NCBI RefSeq assembly: GCF_000142905.1
Contig: NW_013657663.1
Coordinates: forward strand, 469,785-533,784
Direction of reading: 5' to 3'
DNA from: Thecamonas trahens ATCC 50062
Lineage: Eukaryota; Protista; Apusomonadida
Length of the DNA: 64,000 bases
A program made the position numbers and the translations under genes. Position 1 is the first letter of the stretch. Each line of letters starts with the position of its first letter. Positions 57,128 to 64,000 of this stretch are shown here, in pieces. The notes beneath the pieces were generated by a model. The model was not told the DNA's origin, did not search any database, and saw only the letters and a list, made by a program, of their open reading frames with translations.

Positions 57128-58657
57128 ATGGGAGCATCGAGCAGCAAGATCAAGGCCAGGCTGGAGGGTGCACCTGTGGTGGTAGTGGTGGGTGCTGGCT
57201 ATGGTGGCCTGGCGGTGGCCAAGGCTCTGGACAAGACCTTCAATGTTGTCCTCATTGACCGAAAGGCATACTTTCTCCACAACATTGGTGCTCTACGTGC
57301 ATGTATGTACATGGCGGTCGTGTGCATGGAGGCATGGTGTCCCGTGGTCTGTAGCAGATGATAGAGCTGGATGTCGCGGCGGGTCGCTTCGGGCGAGGGA
57401 AGGGGAAGGGCATGCGGAGCGAATTCCGCCAGTTGACGGCGGATGCGGCGGGAGCGGCGGGAGTCGTGGGAGCGTAGGAGCGAGGAGGTTGACTCATATG
57501 TGTGATGGAGGGTGTGGGTGGCGAGAGCAGGTGTGGAGGATGGATACGAGCACAAGATCTGCATTCCATACTCCAACTTGCTCGACTACGGGCATGTGGT
57601 GCAAGCCGAGGTGACGCGGATCTCGCCCGGCGGGGTGTACGTGTACGGGCGGGACGAACCGATCGACTTTGACTATGTGGTCATTGCGACGGGAACCTCG
57701 TACGCGTTCCCGTGTAAGATTGCCGAGCCGGAGATGGAGGACGCGACCGGGCAGTACACCGGTGTTCGCGAGCGGATTGCAGAGGCGCAGCGGATCACGG
57801 TTGTCGGCGGCGGGCCAACGGGCGTCGAGCTCTGCGGCGAAATCAAGGAGACGCATCCGGACAAGGATGTGACGCTCATCCACTCGCGTGGCGCGCTAGT
57901 GCCGGGCCCGCTCCGTGATGCGTTCAAGAGCAAGCTGCTGGAAAAGGTGCAGAGCATGGGGGTCGAGGTCATGCTGAACGAGCGTGTCAACCTCAAGGAG
58001 TCGTTCTCAGAGCCCGAGGCTGTGTCGGCTAACTTTGTGCCCGGCACACGCCAGCTGACGCTCGAGTCTGGAGCGACGATGGAGACGGATCTTGTGTTCT
58101 TCTGCATGGGAGCGCACGTCAACTCCAAGTCGTACGAGGCCGACTTTGGCGGTGTGATGAACGACGACGGACGACTGCGGGTCAACGAGAACCTGCAAGT
58201 CGAGGGCTTTACCAATGTCTTTGCACTTGGCGATTGCAACGATGTGGCGGAGATCAAGCTCGGATACGCGGCACAGAACCAGGCGACGGTTGTGGCCAAG
58301 AACGTGGCGGCGCTGCGAGCTTCCAAGGCGCTCAAGGCGTACACGCCGGGCCACCATGTTATGATCGTGACAGCCGGACGCAACGGCGGCGTGGCGCAGC
58401 TGCCGGTACCTGGCGGCAAGGTCATGGGATCGCGGTTTTCAGCTATGGTCAAGTCCAAGGGTCTCTTCACTGCCAACCAATGGAAGCTCCTGCGGCAGTC
58501 GTTGAAGGATGCGGCTGGGCCGTCGGGCGGCGACGAGGATGTCGAGCCGGATGCCGTCCCGCGCCTTGCGCAGGCCATGCAGATTTCCGAGGAAGACGCC
58601 GAGGAGCTTCTCCGCGGGCTTCCGGTTGGCGATCACTCGGGCGAGTCGTTTACCTAA
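57128..58657 (+). CDS. AIFM2: AIFM2/FSP1 (AMID)-like FAD/NAD(P)H oxidoreductase, intron 57303-57530
   Basis: MGASSS myristoylation-like start, VVVGAGYGG, F.HNIGALRA|CVE (T|GTATGT...GCAG|GT), IATGT.Y.FP.K, VGGGPTGVE..GEI, VTLIHS, VFALGDC. Confidence 0.92.
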
Positions 58658-61578
58658 CTTGGCAGGACGCCCGGCTTGGTAGAGTAAAGCCGACCTTTGC
58701 AACAAGCATTAGTGGTGTGTCGCGGCGTCATCGCAGCGGCTGAGGGTGGCGGCACAGGAGTCGGCGGCGGCGGGATGCCCATTCGACTTGAGCGCCTTGA
58801 TGATCGAGGCGACGATGCGGCGGACACCCAAGCAAAGTAGCCGGATGCGACAACAGCTGTCTCGATGGCGGCGACGGCGTCAACAACATCGGCGACATCA
58901 TCGCCGACGGCGAGTTTGAACTTTGCGAGCATGGCCGCAGCCTTGACGTGGTGCGGGTTCGAGGCAAAGGCGCGGGTGTAGAGATCGCGGGCGCGGGTGT
59001 TGTCGTTGATGCGGGTGTGGCAAAAGTTGGCAAAGTCCTTAAGGGCGTTGGTGTGTGTGGGGTCGGCGGCGATGGCGGAGGCGTAAAAATGCTCGGCGCG
59101 GTCGTAGTCGCGCTTCTTGCGCTCCCACACCATGGCGGAGTAGTACAGCGACCGGGCATGGTTGGGATCAATGGTAAAGGCACGCTCGTAGAGCCGGAGT
59201 GCCGCCTCGTGGTCCTTGTCGAGGTCCTCGACAAGGAAGCCGTAGTTGGTCAGCGTTGCCGGGTCGTCCATGACGTCAAGGACCGACTCAAAGTGAGCGC
59301 GGGCAAGGTCACGGATACGGGTGAACTCCTTGGTGCACCGTTCGTCGGTCTTGCGGGCGAGGTTGCGGGCCTGGATAAAGTGGAGCGTGCCTTCGGCATA
59401 CGAGACAATGGTGAGCTGCTGGACCCGGGCATGGAGGGCGGCAATGTCGGTGTGAGCAAAAGGGTGTGGGACCGTGAAGATGGCAGTGTCGGTCGTCGCG
59501 GCTGCGTACGTCGACGGGACCAGCTCAATGCCGGCAAGGTCGACGACGCGGGCGAGGAGCAGGCCGAGGCCGTCGCGGACGAGCGCCTCATAAAGCGCTG
59601 GGCCAGTCGGTACGTCACCGCCGTCGCGCTCATAGACAGCAATATCGCCGCTCTTGCGGGAGCCGGTCCATGAGATGACAATGTGTGGGTAGCGGACCGA
59701 GACCGAGCGCGAGAGCTGGCCGTCCCAAAAAGAGCGGGACTGTTGTGAGGCACCAAAGACAAGGTTGAGCATGTTGACGACAGTGGCGCGATGCGGCTCT
59801 TCGGACGGAAGCTTGACCTTTTTCATAGTGGCGCGGAGGCGGGCGTTGAGCTCTGCGTGGACAGCACGGGCAACCATCTCGACCAGGATGCGCAGCCGCC
59901 AGGCAGGATCAGTGACGGCAGCGCGGACGGTTGCGAGGAACTTGAGGTTGACGCCAGCCTTTCGGAGGCGGACCGCAAGGCCACGCGGTGACGCAAGCTC
60001 TGGATCACGGGCAAGAATGGTGCGAAGCGGCGGCGGGCCGTCGTCAATGGCGGGGTCCATGACAGCTGGGCGCGAGGCGGCAGAGGCGTCGAGCGAGGCA
60101 GCAACTTCGGGGACGACTGTGTCCAGCAGCTGAATGTAGAGCCAGAGGATGTCGTTGTCACAAGAGTCGGCATCGGGGCCTGGCGTGGCAAAGCGTGTGC
60201 CTGCGTCGGACGAGACTCGGATACCGACGCGCTTGATAAGTTCGGGCCGGAACTTGGTCTGGACCGGCGAGAGGCCCGAGAGGGCCAGTCGTGGAATGAG
60301 CGGGAACATGCGTGCAAAGTCAATCATGTACAGGGCGCCGTCACGGCCGCGGTGGCCCTCGATGTCGGCGGGGCCGTAGATCTCGCGAGCAGTTGCGGGA
60401 TCCGGCCCGGCAAAGTGCTTGCGGAGCAGGAGCTTGTTGGCAAGAGCATCCATGACGTCCGCAAACTCGGGGTCCGAGTTGAAGATGTGTGAGCCCGCGT
60501 CGGACGAGCCGTAGACCAGAGTCTGGTCGGAGATAGGGAGCTGCGACGAGGCGATGAGACGGAAGCCGCGAAAGTTGATGAGAACCATGAGCGGGAGCTG
60601 GAGGCCCGGAACGTGTGCATTGTACACGGCCTGCAGAGCGCGCATCTCGTCGGAAGCCACCTTTTCGGCTACCTCGTCGTTGCCATTAAACACGCCCGAG
60701 GCGTCGATAGCAAACTTGAAGAGAATACCGTGGACGACGTACTTGACGCCGCCAGCGATGCCACCCATGGCCACCGGCTTGATAGTCTTTGCTTCGTCGG
60801 GTAGGCCCATCTCGGCAATGATGACCTTGCCGTAGGTCTGGGCGGCGTAGACAAAGTCGCGGGCTAATGAGGCAAGGCGGAGGAATTTCTTGTGCTCGGC
60901 GAGGATGACCGAATCGTCAATCGAGTTGACCAGGGTCTGGTACTCGCGGTTCCAGTCGCGAGCCATACCAGACGCTGAAGTGACCCCGCTGGCGAGCTCG
61001 AGCGCATGGAGGGCGCCCATGACGTCGACCAAGGCGACAGCGCCCGACGCCATCAGGGCGTCGAGGATAGCGCGAGCGCCCGAGTCAGGGAGCAGGTCCA
61101 GGCCACGGGCAATCGAGCGTGGCAGCATCCACTCGGACGACGAGGTGTTGACCGATGTACTTGGCGTGGAACTCGTGTCCTGGTGGAGCGAGTTGGAGAG
61201 AGCCGAGTTGACCGAAGCCCAGGCCATTGAGGACGAGGTCGACGACGACGCCGCCGAGCGGAACCTGTCCTCGCCCTCCTCCAGCAGCTGTGACCAGTTC
61301 GAGGAGGTTCGCGAGAGCGCCGAGCCGGAAGGCAGGCCCGACGGCGAGAAAAGGGTTGGCTGCGGAGGCGGGACGGATGGCGGAATGATGTGGAGCGGCG
61401 TGCGTGCAGTGACAGGCGAGCCCGCCGAGTCTGCGTCGGGAGGAGGCGAGAGGGTGGGGAACACAATGGACGCAGGTGAGGCATATGGCGACTGAGAAGA
61501 AGGAGAGGCGGTTGGCGTGAGCGACGGAGCCGGCGAGGGTGCACCAAGGCTGAGCTGGTAAATGTCCCCGCCGGACAT
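58654..61578 (-). CDS. Clu-domain protein with C-terminal TPR repeats
   Basis: RDWNREYQ, GGIAGG.KY....ILFKFA.D, PLM.LI.FRGFRLIA, DIEGH.G.DG..Y.IDFAR.FP, GVN...L, LVEMVAR, followed by TPR helices (LYERAFTIDPNH, YASAIAADPTH). Confidence 0.88.
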   Translation of the reverse strand: MSGGDIYQLSLGAPSPAPSLTPTASPSSQSPYASPASIVFPTLSPPPDADSAGSPVTARTPLHIIPPSVPPPQPTLFSPSGLPSGSALSRTSSNWSQLLEEGEDRFRSAASSSTSSSMAWASVNSALSNSLHQDTSSTPSTSVNTSSSEWMLPRSIARGLDLLPDSGARAILDALMASGAVALVDVMGALHALELASGVTSASGMARDWNREYQTLVNSIDDSVILAEHKKFLRLASLARDFVYAAQTYGKVIIAEMGLPDEAKTIKPVAMGGIAGGVKYVVHGILFKFAIDASGVFNGNDEVAEKVASDEMRALQAVYNAHVPGLQLPLMVLINFRGFRLIASSQLPISDQTLVYGSSDAGSHIFNSDPEFADVMDALANKLLLRKHFAGPDPATAREIYGPADIEGHRGRDGALYMIDFARMFPLIPRLALSGLSPVQTKFRPELIKRVGIRVSSDAGTRFATPGPDADSCDNDILWLYIQLLDTVVPEVAASLDASAASRPAVMDPAIDDGPPPLRTILARDPELASPRGLAVRLRKAGVNLKFLATVRAAVTDPAWRLRILVEMVARAVHAELNARLRATMKKVKLPSEEPHRATVVNMLNLVFGASQQSRSFWDGQLSRSVSVRYPHIVISWTGSRKSGDIAVYERDGGDVPTGPALYEALVRDGLGLLLARVVDLAGIELVPSTYAAATTDTAIFTVPHPFAHTDIAALHARVQQLTIVSYAEGTLHFIQARNLARKTDERCTKEFTRIRDLARAHFESVLDVMDDPATLTNYGFLVEDLDKDHEAALRLYERAFTIDPNHARSLYYSAMVWERKKRDYDRAEHFYASAIAADPTHTNALKDFANFCHTRINDNTRARDLYTRAFASNPHHVKAAAMLAKFKLAVGDDVADVVDAVAAIETAVVASGYFAWVSAASSPRSSRRSSRMGIPPPPTPVPPPSAAAMTPRHTTNACCKGRLYSTKPGVLPS

Positions 61579-61656
61579 GGCTGACCGTGTGTATGCGGGG
61601 AGCGGGTGGAGTGGCAAGGCGTGGGGGGTCAGCGTGGGGCAAAGGGCGGCGACAGT

Positions 61657-63439
61657 TCAATGCTTGGCACGTTTGGCTGGCGGCTCGAGATCGGGCTCGG
61701 CTTGCTGGGACGACGTAGAAGGTAACGGCGGAGCGGTGGCATACTTGCGGAGCGCTTCTTGTGGGTCTTGCATGAGGTAGGGCTTGTTGAGGGAAGCGGC
61801 GGCGCCGGCCTTTTCGATGACGGCACGGGCGTGGGAGATGCCGAGCTTGCCCGAGTGGCCCTTGCCGGCGAGAGGGCCTTCGGCGCCGGCGGTCGCTTGC
61901 GCTTGGCAGTCGGAGCGAGAGTTTCACGATCCACAACGTCGGGAAGAAAGACCAGGGTGTCCGAGGCGTCGCGAACAGGGGCCTTGACGCGCACGCCTCG
62001 CTTGACACCGCCGCACGAGATCTGCTCGTCGTAGAGAGCGAGAAGCGATCCGTCGCCCATGCCGACGAACATCTGCTTCAGCGGTTCAGGATAGAGAATA
62101 GGCCCTGCATGTGTCCGCGACGAGAGAGGCTCCTGATGGACAACATCAAAGGTGACGGTGTCAACAAAGACGGCGCGAGCGGGCGCGGCATCGGTCGAGC
62201 CTGTGGTGAGGCAGATGAGGGCCTCCATGGGCGAGAAGGCCAGGCCGGCAAACTCGATGGGTGCAGCCAGGCCGGCAAAGACCTTGATTGGGCGATCAAC
62301 CTTGCGGCCATCCCAGATGCGAAGTGAGTCGTCTTGGGCGCGCGCGACAAACAGACGGTCGTCAGCAGATACGAGCATGGACGTGATGTTGCCGCCGGGA
62401 ATGGAGGCCGAGCCCGAGGACGGACGGGTAAAGAGCGGGCGGGCCGAGAGCTGTGGGGTATGCGAGCCGTGCATCTTGTTGATGACGAGAGCCGTAGGTT
62501 TGGTAAGGTTCGCGCGCGGGTCAAAGACTTGTAGCGAGCCATCGGCGCAGCCAGCAAAGAAGCGGGTGCCGTCGGCGTTGGTGGCAATGTGGGAGACAGC
62601 GGTTCGGGTGCCAGTCGTCGACTTGGTGCGCATGACCAGGGTTTGGCGGGCATTGCTGGATCCCGACGCGTCCCATAGGCGTACAGTACCATCCATGGAT
62701 CCGGAGAGAACGCGCGTAGACGAGACAAAAACCGCGTTGCAGATCGAGCCCGTGTGGCCGGTTGTCATGCGCTGATCACGGATGTACGGATCACCGATGG
62801 TCGACGCAGCCAGCCGCGAACCATCCGCGTCGTGCAGTGTAAAGATGGACTCACCAGTAGCGATGACTGCGCGGGTGGGCGCCCAGAGTCGGGCGCAAAT
62901 GCGATCGAGTGGACAGGCGAGTTGTCAGCAGCCTGAAAGACGCGCATGGACGAGAGGCCGGCACCAAGGAGGCCAAAGTCGTAGACCCGGACCGAGCCAT
63001 CAATAGCGCCGGACCAGAGGCGATCTGCCGATGTCGGAGCTGCCAAGGCCGAGACCATGCGAGCATGAGCCGTTGCGGCTGGATTCTCGGGCGGCTCGGG
63101 CGTGCCAGAGGCGGGATTACGGGGCGGAGGGATGGCAGCAGGCGCGGTGCGTGACATCCAGGCGTAGGCTGAGAGGGGAATCGAGAACATAGCAACGGCG
63201 TCAAAGTCTGACGAGTCTGAGTCCGAGTCTGAGTCCGAGTCCGAGTCAGCAGCAGGCGCAGTTGGCGCAGCAGGAGGAGGCGGCGGGCGAGGCGGGCCGA
63301 TCATGGGTGGGCGGGGTGGGCCAATGGGTTGCGCGGCAGCAGGAGCCGAGGAGGAGATGCTTGCTGAGGATGGAGGGAGGATGGAAGGGCGGTAAGTAGA
63401 AGAGGCCTTCTTGCCGAAAGAGGTGGGGAGGGCGCTCAT
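61657..63439 (-). CDS. WDR70: WD40 repeat protein WDR70 (gastrulation defective 1-like); two apparent frameshifts (~62883, ~61880)
   Basis: LPTSFGKK, IGPPRPP, HARMVSAL, SGAIDGSV..YDF, GDPYIRD...TTGHT, SGSMDGTVRLWD, DDSLRIWD.R, and C-terminal GKGHSGKLG...DPQEALRKYA, spread over three successive frames. Confidence 0.88.
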
Positions 63440-64000
63440 GGTGTGGTGGGGCAAGTGGAGTGTGTGCGACTCCGGCTCTGGCGAGGCAGAGCAGGGCTAG
63501 TGGACGAGGGCACTTTACTGTGCAGCATACGAGCCATGGAGAACATAAGGACAACCGCGGGGAGCAAGATATATGAGTTGGTGGCGGCGGCTGTGGGCAA
63601 CCAGAGGCGGCGAAGCGAGCAGCAAACAACTGGCGCAAACTGATGTCGATGGCGGGGAGTATTCGGCGCAACTTCGATTGAAGAGGCATTGTCTGCGGAC
63701 GGATCGGCAGGTTAGCGAGCGCCCCTCGTCGTCCATCTCGCCGTGACCGTTGTCGTCGTCAGCGCCCCATTGGCAACCCGGTCGGACTGGGCCCGGTCAG
63801 TCATAGTGGGAGAGCCTTGTCCTCGCCCAGCCAGACTTGGGCCCGGTCTTGATCAGCAGCGACGCAGGCGGGCGGCCGTAGCTGATGGCGTGGGCCACGC
63901 AGTTGTGGGCTGCGGGGCGAGGTGGAGCGAGAGAAAGCTCAAGCCAGGCCATGGTCATGGCTGGATCATCGTCAGTCGGTGTCGATGTCGGTGAGGGGGC

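Noticed and set aside
63500-64000. Possible gene fragment at the window end
   Set aside because: No convincing ORF or motif within the visible sequence.

Overview
This is gene-dense, GC-rich, intron-poor eukaryotic nuclear DNA. The gene content and style suggest a flagellated protist such as the apusomonad Thecamonas trahens; that is an inference and was not checked. About 23 protein-coding genes can be supported. Recognisable conserved genes are CTU1, an M20 peptidase, a GPH/MFS symporter, an ANKIB1-type RBR E3 ligase, a TruA pseudouridine synthase, a RhoGAP, an SLC35D-like transporter, NEK-like and CaMKI-like kinases, a MORN protein, TIM23, a UFD1-like protein, AIFM2/FSP1, a Clu-TPR protein and WDR70. 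The most striking content is three dispersed giant membrane proteins (about 1600-2750 aa). They share one Cys-rich stalk plus a ~9-TM FLC/Pkd2(TRP-like) module but carry different ectodomains: ~21 or 14 FG-GAP blades plus a beta-helix, or LamG plus cadherin-like. Six GT-AG introns could be reconstructed by hand, all close to the start codon. At least seven intact-looking coding regions need a one-base insertion (-1 shift) to read through, which is most likely assembly error. There is one 100-N gap. I saw no rRNA, tRNA, CRISPR array or intact mobile element.
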